A stretch of 63,888 bases of DNA, counting the filler. It is 8 parts of 8 records of this genome, joined end to end, with 100 filler letters (N's around TTAATTAATTAA, not from the genome) between each part and the next. Parts side by side here need not be neighbours in the genome. Positions count along the whole stretch, not along the records: positions 1 to 12,849 come from DRR723986_44296; 7 more parts are not named here. One strand, 5' to 3'. Position numbers and translations under genes: made by a program. Of this stretch, positions 1-10,600 are shown piece after piece; position 1 is the first letter of the stretch, and each line of letters opens with the position of its first letter. The notes under the pieces were generated by a model. It was not told the origin of the DNA, did not search any database, and saw only the letters and a list, made by a program, of their open reading frames with translations.

Positions 1-247
1 AGTGGCCTCAATTCTTAAGTTTAACATATCATACATTGTTTTGACACCTTACTGGTAGAAAAGCGGATGTACATAATTTTATATTTGGTTTTGTTAAATC
101 AGTTTCTACCTGAAAAGAACAATAAGTACTAGGGGAATTGATTAACTCTAGCTTTGAGACTACTTCGGTCACCCGTCTTCGGTCTTCGAGCCAGCAAATC
201 AAAGAAAATAAGTATACTGACATCATTGCAAACAATCATATTCAACA

Positions 248-3028
248 CTAATCAAATTCTAATATCTGAATTTTCCCGTCCAAGCCAGATGGCATAGTTT
301 TCCAGTTACTGGCATCAAAGGGTTTGTAATCTATATTCACAAAGTTGATTTCGTGGTAATTTCTCCATTCGATTCCATTTCTATCCAGATAGCGAATGCT
401 ATTAGCCATTAGGTTTGCAACTTCTACTTTGATTGAATTTTTGCCATTTTTCAAGTGCTCGCTGACATCCAATTGGTACGGAATGCTCCAGATATTCCCT
501 GCGTACTCTCCATTAATCCATATTTTGGCAGATTCATAGACCTTATCAATTGTCAATAAGTATTGCTTGCCTTCTACCTTTTTAAATTCAAATTCACTGG
601 TATAGCTGGCCTGACCAGAGAAGTCATCCGCCTCTGCATCACTTGTACTTGTCCATGGTTCGATTGTTTCCATGGTTTGTGCTGCTGGTAGCTTTGGCTG
701 GCCTTGGGTAAAGGTAAGTTTCCAGTTATTCGAAATGTTCGTGCTTTTTGATGATTGGGAATAGTCAGGCCAAGCAGGAATAGCTAAGTTTACTTTATCT
801 TCAAAAGTCTTCAGAAAAATAGATTCCCCTGATTTTAAATAGATGGAAACAGTTGTGTTTTCTGAATTATATGTGGTAGGAAGTGTACCCGTTTTTCCGG
901 TCAGTGGGTCCATTATCATCACTGTTCCTGCTTTCGCATTTAGAGAAATGCTTTGATAAATAGTATTTGCACTGTGATTTACCAAGAAATAATAGGTGCC
1001 GTCGGCTACTTTTCTACGAATAAAATCAAGTCCAGAATCCACCAACTTTTCTCTATTGATCTTTAAGCTTTCCAAAGCTGCACGAGAGTCTCTATTCAGA
1101 ATGACCTGGCCTTTTCCAAAGTTTACTTTTCCATCTTGAAATGCTATTGAAGCCCATAATGCATCAAATTCCGCTTGTTTTGACTTTTGGTCAGAATGAT
1201 AGCCTGGGATTGATTTTGGCTTAGATTGAAAGATAACTTTCGCACCACTTTCAGCTAATTTCAAGATATCCTTCAATGTCTCCAAAGGCATAAACTCAGT
1301 CTCAGGAATGAGTAACACTTTCGCTGAGTTAGTAGGAGAGGTTTGAATGTGCCCATCTTTCACGGATGAATTTGCTATCATTTCATCCGAGATAAAATCG
1401 AGGGAATAACCTGCTTCCATTAAGCTTTTCGACTGCTTGTAAAACTCCGTTGGATGCAGCCATTCATCGACAGCATGAACCGTGATCATTTCCATTTTGC
1501 CCTTTGGCTCCGCCCAAACGTCGTAAACTGGCCAGTAAACCAGCAATTCATTGTCTGCTTGACCTGCTTGCAAAATGGCTTGTGATCTAGCGATGTAATC
1601 ATTAAAACCTTTAAAATGTGGCCAAAGACTGTTTTGTTGCGTCAGATTCAGCGATGCATAAAAAAGCCAACCTGGATAGGAGACATCTTCAGGACTGTAA
1701 GTGACCCCATGATAGAAAATGTGATTTACCCCTGCCAAAAACGCCTGCTCCACTTCAGGTTTCATCTGGGAAAAGGAAGATTTGAAATGCTCTCCCAACC
1801 AAGTGAAAGTCTCGGAGGAAACTAGATTTTTTCCAGTCAAATGAGCTGCGGAAGATGCAAACTTCAGCATAATAGGATCAGGATCTACATTTCTGATATC
1901 TGCGCTGTCTCTCCTCAGTCCAGGAATAGGGAAGTAACTGGATCCGAAAGTCTCACATTCCGGAATATCAACTGCGGCATAGAGATCAAGAAGGTTTCCC
2001 GGTGATCCATGTGCTTGATTTTTGGTGAGTTTGGATTGTTCATGTGCCCAATCAGTCCAGTTCTTAGTAAAATTATTCAATAGGAGATCATTGATCGTTT
2101 CCCTATAATCTGACTTGACTCTTCGAACTAGCTCTGTGTTTTTCTCACTTTCTAGATACGGAAGAAATTCTTTCAAATCATAACCTCTTAGCTTCTGGAA
2201 CTCTTCAAAAAGGTTGCCTGTATAATCCGCACCATAGACTTCAAAGCTGTCGTTATAAAAAGAACGGAAACCGTAATTCTTTCCTGCAAATGCCTTTTCA
2301 AAATATGAATTGTAAGAATCCACAGCAGGTTTACTGAAGTGATCTAGCGTGAAGCCAACGCCGCCTGGAGCTGCACGTTTTACCATTTGACCTGTTTTAT
2401 CTAGAAAAATAGCCTTGATATGCCAAGCTCCGGCTTCGTTCCAATCAAGTTGCCCACTAGCATTTACATACGAGGTGATATCCTTTGAATTTAAGTTTTT
2501 GTCGTAAGCCATTACTGCTACAAGCTCAGGATCATATTGATTTTCTCTTTTCTTTTGGAATGTAATGGGAGTTGACAAAGGTTGACCATCTACCTTTTCA
2601 TAATCCTGAATCACCATACGAGTTGCGGCATTCTCCACACTTACTTGGGGTCCACCATATGGCCAGCCCGTGCCTTGGGTCATATCAACTCCCATTCCAA
2701 GTGAATGAGCCTTCGTGACCGTAAAGTCTAACATGCTCAGCCAGTCTTCAGAAAGAAAGTCTATGTATCGATCTTCATAGCCCTTTGCGCCATAGATAGG
2801 AGCGATTTCCACACCGCCAAGTCCTGCGGCATTGTACGTTTCCAGCAGTTTGGAGAGATTCTTTTCATCTACAGCATTTCCCATCCACCACCAGCGAGTC
2901 CAAGGTTTGGCAGTTTGTGTGATCTCAGGCCAATCGCTAGAAACTGGGGCTTTTTGCTCTATAAGTTGAAAGCCAAAGAATAGTAAAATAGGGAAAAGTA
3001 AAAGCAGGTATCTTGATTTTGAAAGCAT
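248..3028 (-). CDS. Glycoside hydrolase family 106 (alpha-L-rhamnosidase-like), secreted
   Basis: KPWTRWWWMGN, GLGGVEIAPIYG, GTGWPYGGP, QAHGSPGNLLDLYAAVDIPECETFG motifs; C-terminal GH2-like sugar-binding domain; likely start MLSKSRYLLL at 3028 with signal peptide; next to rhaM. Confidence 0.85.
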   Translation of the reverse strand: MLSKSRYLLLLFPILLFFGFQLIEQKAPVSSDWPEITQTAKPWTRWWWMGNAVDEKNLSKLLETYNAAGLGGVEIAPIYGAKGYEDRYIDFLSEDWLSMLDFTVTKAHSLGMGVDMTQGTGWPYGGPQVSVENAATRMVIQDYEKVDGQPLSTPITFQKKRENQYDPELVAVMAYDKNLNSKDITSYVNASGQLDWNEAGAWHIKAIFLDKTGQMVKRAAPGGVGFTLDHFSKPAVDSYNSYFEKAFAGKNYGFRSFYNDSFEVYGADYTGNLFEEFQKLRGYDLKEFLPYLESEKNTELVRRVKSDYRETINDLLLNNFTKNWTDWAHEQSKLTKNQAHGSPGNLLDLYAAVDIPECETFGSSYFPIPGLRRDSADIRNVDPDPIMLKFASSAAHLTGKNLVSSETFTWLGEHFKSSFSQMKPEVEQAFLAGVNHIFYHGVTYSPEDVSYPGWLFYASLNLTQQNSLWPHFKGFNDYIARSQAILQAGQADNELLVYWPVYDVWAEPKGKMEMITVHAVDEWLHPTEFYKQSKSLMEAGYSLDFISDEMIANSSVKDGHIQTSPTNSAKVLLIPETEFMPLETLKDILKLAESGAKVIFQSKPKSIPGYHSDQKSKQAEFDALWASIAFQDGKVNFGKGQVILNRDSRAALESLKINREKLVDSGLDFIRRKVADGTYYFLVNHSANTIYQSISLNAKAGTVMIMDPLTGKTGTLPTTYNSENTTVSIYLKSGESIFLKTFEDKVNLAIPAWPDYSQSSKSTNISNNWKLTFTQGQPKLPAAQTMETIEPWTSTSDAEADDFSGQASYTSEFEFKKVEGKQYLLTIDKVYESAKIWINGEYAGNIWSIPYQLDVSEHLKNGKNSIKVEVANLMANSIRYLDRNGIEWRNYHEINFVNIDYKPFDASNWKTMPSGLDGKIQILEFD

Positions 3029-3038
3029 AGAAAATTGA

Positions 3039-3356
3039 TTATTTGAGGTCGAAAACGTTTGGAAGTTCAACAGAAATAGGAGAGTTGTCAGGATTAGTTT
3101 CCATGATGTCAGCCATGTATTTCCACCAACGCTGGACGATCTCGGTACTTCCAAGATCCTGAGAATTTGCTTCTCCTGCTATTACCTGAAAGGCAAAAAG
3201 GTTAGAAGTTTCTCTATCCAAAAATATCTGATAATCAATGATTCCTGTGTCTTTGAGTAAAGTGACCAATTCAGGCCAAATTTCACGATGTCTTCTTTCG
3301 TATTCTTCTTCAAAACCTGGAATCAGTTTCATTCGAAAGGCTAGTTTTTGAGGCAT
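3039..3356 (-). CDS. rhaM: L-rhamnose mutarotase
   Basis: AFRMKL..G.EEEY.RRH.EIWPEL, WW.YMADIMETNPDNSP signature; 105 aa. Confidence 0.93.
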   Translation of the reverse strand: MPQKLAFRMKLIPGFEEEYERRHREIWPELVTLLKDTGIIDYQIFLDRETSNLFAFQVIAGEANSQDLGSTEIVQRWWKYMADIMETNPDNSPISVELPNVFDLK

Positions 3357-3418
3357 TTTGGGTTGAGTTTCTACGTTACAAAAAAGAAAGGATTAGGCGT
3401 TATAGAATTAAAAGTTAT

Positions 3419-4918
3419 TCATTTTTTTAAGAAGTCTTTAAGTGCTATTCCGTTTAGACTTTCTATGGCATTTGCCACAATTTTGGCATTCAATTTAGCT
3501 CCTGCTTCTATAGTATGTGTGTGATCGGTATCGTTAAAATAATGGGCTTTTACATATTCCTCACCCTGTTCATTATATTGATCAGCTACTAATTGATTGA
3601 GATCGATAAAGGCGGTTTCGGTATCTTCGGCAACTTGTTTTGCCCAAAGTCCATAATCATTTTCAGCAGTGACAACCTTGCCATCTTTCCAGCTATTTCT
3701 AGGAATTAGCGAGCAAACAATAGGAGTGACGCCTTTGGCTTTTGCTGCCAAAATCATCTGGCGTAAATACTGGCCATAGGAATAGACTGTTTCCTGACTT
3801 TTTGTGATTGGGTTGTAGATGTTTTCAGCTTCCAAACCAGCACTTTTGATTGTACCGCGAGCACGGGCTTCATCATCCAGCGGGCTTGAATCATTGTGAC
3901 CAAATTGCATGATCAGGTAATCTCCCGGTTCCAATTTATCCAAAACCTTCTGCCACATGCCGTAAGTCTGAAAGGTACGGCTACTGGTTCCACCTAACGC
4001 ATGGTTTTGCACTTTGATCTTTTCTCCATCAAAATATGGAGCGATAAAATCTCCCCATCCCCAAAGTCCTCCCGCGCCATCGCCTTGTCCATTTTTCACA
4101 GTAGAATCGCCAATTAGAAATAGCGTGGGCTTATCTTTTTTTAAATAATCTTTCAAATCGCAATCCTTCAGGTCCTTTAAACCTTGGGTAAGCGACCAAG
4201 CATTGATTCTTGCCCCAGCTTCATTGGTATGCGTGTGATCTCTTTCAAAAAGTCCTTTTACGACTTCCTGACCCCATTTGTCATATTGATCTGCAACTAT
4301 TGAATTGAGGTCAATGAATGGAACGCCATGTCTTCTTGCTGCATCTTTGGCCCATTTCCCAAAGTCGTGATTGGCTCTTTCTACATCTCCATCCTGGAAT
4401 TTATTGCGTGGAATCATGGATGCCACAATTGGAGTTGCGCCTTTAGCTTTGGTATCGGTGATGAACTTTTCAAGATACCAGCCATAGGTATGTACAGTTT
4501 CTTTTGTGCCATCTGGCCAGATGAGTTCCTTGGTTTCATCATCCATTCCGCGTAACACACCTCTATAACCAGCCTTTGTGGTATCAGGAACAGAACCTTC
4601 GTTATGACCAAATTGCATAATTACGTAGTCCCCAGGCTTTAAGGTTTCTAGAACTTTTTCCCATCGGCCTTCTTTGATAAAGGTTCGGGTACTTCTGCCA
4701 GCCATGGCTTGGTTGCTTACTTCTAGTTGAGTACTATCAAAAAACTCCTGAAGTACATTTCCCCAACCTCGTTGCAAATTGCCTTCTCCACCATTTCTAA
4801 CTGTAGAATCACCAATTAAGTAGAGAGTTTTCTTCTCATCTTTGTATTGATGAAAGGCAGTAAAAAGTAGTGCTAGAACAAGGATTGAAAAGGTTTTGAG
4901 GGCTGCTTTACTATTCAT
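3419..4918 (-). CDS. Rhamnogalacturonan acetylesterase (CE12) with two tandem SGNH domains
   Basis: Two copies each of LIGDSTV, G(R/T)S(T/S)RTF, QFGHN and D(H)THT; signal peptide. Confidence 0.88.
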   Translation of the reverse strand: MNSKAALKTFSILVLALLFTAFHQYKDEKKTLYLIGDSTVRNGGEGNLQRGWGNVLQEFFDSTQLEVSNQAMAGRSTRTFIKEGRWEKVLETLKPGDYVIMQFGHNEGSVPDTTKAGYRGVLRGMDDETKELIWPDGTKETVHTYGWYLEKFITDTKAKGATPIVASMIPRNKFQDGDVERANHDFGKWAKDAARRHGVPFIDLNSIVADQYDKWGQEVVKGLFERDHTHTNEAGARINAWSLTQGLKDLKDCDLKDYLKKDKPTLFLIGDSTVKNGQGDGAGGLWGWGDFIAPYFDGEKIKVQNHALGGTSSRTFQTYGMWQKVLDKLEPGDYLIMQFGHNDSSPLDDEARARGTIKSAGLEAENIYNPITKSQETVYSYGQYLRQMILAAKAKGVTPIVCSLIPRNSWKDGKVVTAENDYGLWAKQVAEDTETAFIDLNQLVADQYNEQGEEYVKAHYFNDTDHTHTIEAGAKLNAKIVANAIESLNGIALKDFLKK

Positions 4919-5135
4919 TTGTTAGAAGGGTTTGCAATAACAATCGCTGTTTTTTACTGACCCAATGTAAGGAAGAATAGTTGACCAACCTGCCTGTGCT
5001 TACCTTTTAAAGGTGTATTTGATCGAATTGCCTATAAATTTGATTGTAAACAGTTGAAACCTAAAAAGAAAATTCTCTGCACGAACCTGCGAAATAAATC
5101 TGAGCAGGTCTGCGGGAAAATATCAGCTAACTATG

Positions 5136-6209
5136 CTAAAATGGAAATATCAGCAAGGCGTGCTGTCCGACAGTATTAAAATCACGCCATACCCGATTCA
5201 ATTCTGTGTGAGTTTTTGCAGCTTCCAAACCGGAGAATGGATAAAGTTTTCCATTTATCTCTCTGCACTGTTGGGTAAGTTTACGGCTGATTTTGCTGAC
5301 TTTCTTTAATCTTGAATCAGAGATTTTGCCCTTTTGCTCCAGTTCTTCCCAAGATGAGTTCACTTGACTATAAAATTCATCTCTGAGTTTTTGAAGCTTT
5401 TTATCTTGTTTAGTTAGAAGATCCTGGAAGTAGCGAAGGTGTTTTTTATCATACTTTCTATACTCATGTCTTTTCCAGAAAGACTGTTCTATCAATTCTT
5501 TTAGGTGTTTGGAAATGCCTAGAATATTTGCCGCCAGTGTAGTTTCAGCAAATTGCAAAAATGGATATTGGTAAACTGAAGCTTTCAATTGAGCTTTGTT
5601 GGGAAGGATTTCAAAGCAGCGACTTAGAGGAACGCTTAAGTTCTCACATTTAAAAGCATGACTTCCGGTTGCGATCATTCCCATGTAATTCCAGCCGTCA
5701 AGAATCTCCACGTCTTTTCTATCCAATACAAAGGCTTTTACGACTGGCTTTCCTTTTTTATCGAGAAGCGCTTTTCCATTTTCATAAATCTCACAGTTGG
5801 CAGTAAGATGTGTGGCATGTAAAGCTCCCGAAGCATAGGTCCAGCTTCCCGAAATCAAGTAGTTTTCTCCGATTTTATCGGCTTTTCCTCCTACAAAGCC
5901 ACTTCCAGCTAGACAGAGTTTTTCGTCAGGAAAAATGTCTTTGCGCACTGACTCATCCATAAATCCCACAAACCAAGCTGCGCCTGCGCATAGAGTCACG
6001 GTCCAGCCCAAACTTCCATCCAGCTTTGCCAATTTCTCTTCGATTTTTAGCGCTTCGGGTAAGGTGCATTCCAGGCCTCCTAGATCTTTTGGAACGAAAA
6101 GCTTAAAGTACTTTTTAGCATAAATTTCTGTCAGCCACTCTATTGGAAGCTGTCCCAATTTTTCTGCTTCCTGGGCAAGTTCCTGATTAAACAGTTTTGA
6201 GTTTTGCAT
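5136..6209 (-). CDS. Acyl-CoA dehydrogenase-fold flavoprotein (HsaA/group D monooxygenase-like)
   Basis: FVPKDLGGLE, DGSLGW, ISGSWTYASG, W..MGMIATGSH, LNRVWRD...GQH; overlaps the pnuC stop by 23 nt. Confidence 0.75.
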   Translation of the reverse strand: MQNSKLFNQELAQEAEKLGQLPIEWLTEIYAKKYFKLFVPKDLGGLECTLPEALKIEEKLAKLDGSLGWTVTLCAGAAWFVGFMDESVRKDIFPDEKLCLAGSGFVGGKADKIGENYLISGSWTYASGALHATHLTANCEIYENGKALLDKKGKPVVKAFVLDRKDVEILDGWNYMGMIATGSHAFKCENLSVPLSRCFEILPNKAQLKASVYQYPFLQFAETTLAANILGISKHLKELIEQSFWKRHEYRKYDKKHLRYFQDLLTKQDKKLQKLRDEFYSQVNSSWEELEQKGKISDSRLKKVSKISRKLTQQCREINGKLYPFSGLEAAKTHTELNRVWRDFNTVGQHALLIFPF

Positions 6210-6813
6210 TGGGTTGGTCCAGTTCTTTTTTCCAATCGAAGTAGCCGAAAATAGCTACGATGAAAAGGAAAATGGTAAGTAATGAGATTAAAATCAAGTC
6301 TTTATGGAAGAGCAAGGGAATGGCAATAATATTCGAAACGTTCAGCCAAATCCAATTTTCCAGCTTTCTTTTGGCCAAAAGCCACATACCAGCCCAGGCC
6401 GTTGAGGAAACAAAAGCATCTACTACAGGAACATCCGAATCTGTAAAAGTGGTCAGCATAAAATAAAGAAAGCCCCACCCCAGAATAGCGATTGCCCAAG
6501 TAATTTTCTGTTCTTTTGCCGTACTTCTGGAGATGGAGGAAGCTCCGCTGGCAGAGCGATTTTTCCACATAGTCCAGCCATAAATACTCATGACGAGGTA
6601 GTAGGCATGGAGTAAAGTTTCTGCATAGAGTTTGGCATCCACGAGCAGAAATCCTGAGCACAGAATTCCAATAATTCCAGCAGGGTAGAGTAGTACATTA
6701 TTTTTGCGAGCGAGAAGCACTTCAGTGACTCCAAAACTTACAGCAATCCATTCCAGTAAACTGGTGGCTTTGATCTGCTCGGCGAGCAGACTCAGGTCAA
6801 TCGATACTAACAT
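6187..6813 (-). CDS. pnuC: PnuC-family vitamin transporter, probably thiamine-specific (PnuT) given the upstream TPP riboswitch
   Basis: Multi-TM 208 aa; YGW..W, DAF, LLAKRKLENWIW, GYFDWKK. Confidence 0.9.
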   Translation of the reverse strand: MLVSIDLSLLAEQIKATSLLEWIAVSFGVTEVLLARKNNVLLYPAGIIGILCSGFLLVDAKLYAETLLHAYYLVMSIYGWTMWKNRSASGASSISRSTAKEQKITWAIAILGWGFLYFMLTTFTDSDVPVVDAFVSSTAWAGMWLLAKRKLENWIWLNVSNIIAIPLLFHKDLILISLLTIFLFIVAIFGYFDWKKELDQPNAKLKTV

Positions 6814-6856
6814 TTGAATAACGTTTTATGATTATTCAAAAAAGGGAGAACAGTAA

Positions 6857-6950
6857 TCTAATCCCTACGTCGGCATTACCCGGATCAGGTGCTCCCGATA
6901 AATCGGGATGGGTATGATCTCAGCCCGTAACTTTTAGGGCACCCCTTAAT
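6857..6950 (-). ncRNA. TPP (thi-box) riboswitch
   Basis: Minus strand reads GGGGTGCCC...GGGCTGAGATCATACCC...CACCTGATCCGGGTAATGCCGACGTAGGGA, with all hallmark TPP elements (UGAGA, ACCUGAU, UAAUG, CGUAGG); ends about 45 nt upstream of pnuC. Confidence 0.93.
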
Positions 6951-6958
6951 TGATGAGT

Positions 6959-6966
6959 CAAATATA
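6959..6966 (-). promoter_or_regulatory. Bacteroidota housekeeping promoter -7 element (TAnnTTTG)
   Basis: TATATTTG on the minus strand immediately 5' of the riboswitch. Confidence 0.6.
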
Positions 6967-7567
6967 GAATTATTATTTCGAGAGCTAGAAGATTTGATGT
7001 TGAAGCTGCTTGAATTTAATTATTTGTATATCCGATTTTCTAACAATAAGGAGGCAAAAGCAAAGCAAGATATGGTACTTAGTAAGGGTCTTTCGTTAGA
7101 AAAATATGTGCTATCGGTTGCACTTCAATTCTTATAATCCAGTGAAAATCATCTCTTTTTTTTATTCTAAACAAATACTCTCAAACTAGGAATCTACATT
7201 TCTATTAGGGTTGACAAGTCAAAAACTCCAGTCTGAGCAATCCTTCTTTGAAACAAAAGGCCAAAAAAAAATTGCCACGGTTTTTATGCATCCTTACAAT
7301 TTTTTTAATAAAAGTGAGCGTAAAAGGTTCAATTGTGTGCTTTTTCAAACTATAAAAGAAGATTCGATTGATATTTTTTATTTAAAGTAGTTTATGGAAG
7401 GGCTAGATCTGCTCACTCTACCTAAACCACTTGAAAGCTAGATATTCTGTTAAACTAAGATTACTTAAAATTTCATTGGCTGAAATTGCTCTCGGCATTA
7501 GTTACTACTGGGAAAACTAAAAATAATTTGATTTTGATTTGGAGGCAAAAAAAATACGTGTTATAAT

Positions 7568-7591
7568 GCAATCGATTGCGCAATCGATAGG
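7568..7591. promoter_or_regulatory. Tandem LacI-family-like operators upstream of susC
   Basis: Perfect palindrome GCAATCGATTGC followed directly by GCAATCGATAGG; related GTGCTATCGGTTGCAC at 7108-7123. Confidence 0.6.
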
Positions 7592-7629
7592 GCGTAGTTT
7601 TAATTTTAACACTAAACCTAAATTTTATC

Positions 7630-10600
7630 ATGGTACAAAATTTACCCAAAATTCCGCCGTCTCTAGAATCTCCTCCACGGAGTAATTCTTTAAAAAAATG
7701 GTATTTGGTATTCCTATTAGGAATTTGCTTTTCTATTTCAGGTTTTGCTCAGCAGACAGTTACCGGGACGATAATTTCATCAGATGATGGACTTGCTTTA
7801 CCCGGTGTTTCAATTCTAATTAAGGGGACCACAACTGGAACCACGAGTGATGTTGATGGAAAGTATTCGTTATCTGTACCGGACGAAAAATCCGTATTAG
7901 TTTTTTCCTTTATTGGCTACAACTCTCAGGAAGAGGTGGTAGGATCAAGGTCAATTGTAGATGTTGAGCTTGGTGTAAACATCACCGAGCTGGAGTCTGT
8001 GGTAGTAGTAGGGTATGGTACACAAAAAAGAGCCGATGTAACAGGAGCTATTGCGGGAGTGGATAGTGAAATCATCACTGAAAGAGGAACTACTAGCGCT
8101 ATTCAGTCTTTACAAGGAACAGTGGCTGGTGTTCAGGTCAGTAATAGCACAGGTCGATTAGGAGATGGTTTTAATATGACCATTCGTGGTAATAATTCAC
8201 TTGCGGGTTCATCTCCGCTCTATGTAGTCGATGGAGTGATTACTAGTGGGATTGATTTTTTAAATCCAAATGATATTGAAAAAATAGAAGTATTAAAGGA
8301 TGCGTCTTCGGCTGCTATCTACGGTTCTAGAGCTGCTGGTGGTGTAGTGATAGTACAAACTAAGACTGGAACCACATCACAGAATAAGACAAATGTTTCG
8401 TTCGAGACTTTTTACGGTGTGAAGACTCCTGCCAGATTGCCAGAAATGATGAGCTTGGAGCAATGGAGGGATTATCATTATGCTGCGTACTTGGGAACTA
8501 CCAAAAATGGCGCTGGTATGACCCCTGCTGATTATGAAAATGTGGTGATAGGGGGCTCAAATGCAGTCTTGAAGGAAAGATTTGATAATCTGGAAGGCTA
8601 CGACTGGTATGATGGTGTGCTACAAAACGGTCTTCAGACAAACAGCCACCTATCTGTTTCGCATAGAAATGGTGCATCCACTTACAATTTGGGTATAGGT
8701 TATCAAAATGAAACTGGGAATTTGAAGAATGAGTCTTTAGATAAGTACACCTTCAACATAAATATCAACCAAAGTATAAACGATAAGCTAACCGCTGGAG
8801 CGAATATGGCTTTTTCTTTTGGTACAAATCAAAGAGGGAGTAGCATAGCAATGCAGGAAGCATTTAGGCTAAATCCATTTTTAACTCCCTATGCAGTTGA
8901 TGAAAATGGAAATGAGATAAGTGGAGAGCTCTTCCCACAGCCAGGTAAATTGACTTACCCTGATGGGTCATTTGCAGTAAATAAGACAAGTACATACAAC
9001 CCCCTTTTGGAGATAGCCAATACAAGTGATGAGACACGCACTATACGTGGAGTTGGGAATGCTTTCTTACAATATGATGCATTAGAATGGTTAAGCTTGA
9101 AATCTACATTTTCTGTTGGATTGAATAATAATAGAAGAGGATTATACTGGGGAGCAATGACCAATACTGGTATCAGCAATGGTAATTTACCATCTTCCGA
9201 ACTGGAATTTGTAGATAAATTGAATTACACTTGGGATAACCAACTTAATGTAAATCAATTTTTTGGCGATCATGCGTTCAACTTTCTTGCATTACAAAGC
9301 ATTTTTGTGGATCGCACTGAAACTGCCTACATGGGCTCGACTCAGCAGCCTTTCGAAACAGAGTTTTACAATGTAGGATCAGGGTTACAGTCTACTTATT
9401 CTTTAGGAAATTCATTTCGTAAGAATCAGTTAGCTTCTTTTGCTCTACGCTTAAATTATGCCTTAAAGGATAAATATCTAGTTACAGTTTCCAATAGATG
9501 GGATGGATCTTCTCTATTATCAGAAGGAAACAAGTGGCAATCTTTTCCTTCAGTTGCTTTAGGCTGGAGATTGAGTGAAGAGGACTTTTTGGTTAATTCC
9601 GGCACTGTTTCAGATTTGAAATTGAGAGCGGGATATGGCACAGTCGGTAACAACAACGTGGCTCCGTATACTACGGTAAATACACTGACCAATCAGACTT
9701 ATTATGATTTTAATGGCACTACTGCTAATGGTTGGGTACAGAATTCACTTGCCAACAAATCCCTTACATGGGAGAAAACTACAGAAATTAATCTAGGTGT
9801 GGACTTTGGTTTTGCTAATAACCGCGTTACAGGTAGCATTGATTGGTATGATAGACTGTCTGACGAATTACTGGTAAGTCAAAAGCTTCCGCTGGAAATT
9901 GGTTTTAGTAACATCAGATCAAATGCTGCATCTGTGAAAAACACCGGGGTTGAGGTTATGTTGAATACAATAAATCTGGAAACCAACTTAGTGACTTGGT
10001 CCACCATGTTCACTTTTACCAAAAACACCAATACAATAGAATCTATTTATGGTCAATCTGAAACTGATGACGTAGGAAATGGCTGGTTCATTGGTGAGTC
10101 AATTGATTCACATTACAACTTTGTGTATGACGGCGTATGGCAAGCTAATGAAGATGCTGCCGCTTACAATCAGAAAGAAGGGGAGGCTAAAGTAGTTGAT
10201 GTAAATAATGATGGAAAAATCAGTCCAAATGATGATAGAGTTATTTTAGGATCATCTAATCCTTCTTGGACAGGAGGATTGATTTCTAGACTACAAGTTG
10301 GTGCCTTTGATATGAATATTGCTTTGGCTACTCAACAAGGAGTTTTGGCTTTCAGTGATTTTCACAAAAATTTCACCGATGTGAAAGATAGAGGTAGACA
10401 AAAAGCAAATATCGGTGAGTTTTATGTTCCTGAAAACAGTGTAGGTGTACCTACTCAATATACCAATAAATATCCTCAGCCACGAGCAGAGGGCCAGTAT
10501 TGGGGAAATGGAATAGCTTATTATAAGGATGCTTCATTTGTGAAAATCAATAACATATCCCTAGGCTATTCCATTCCACAAAGCTTGCTAAGCAAGATCA

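Noticed and set aside
5076-5117. CTGC-rich imperfect repeat downstream of the flavoprotein gene
   Set aside because: Too short and degenerate to call as a terminator or repeat family from one copy.
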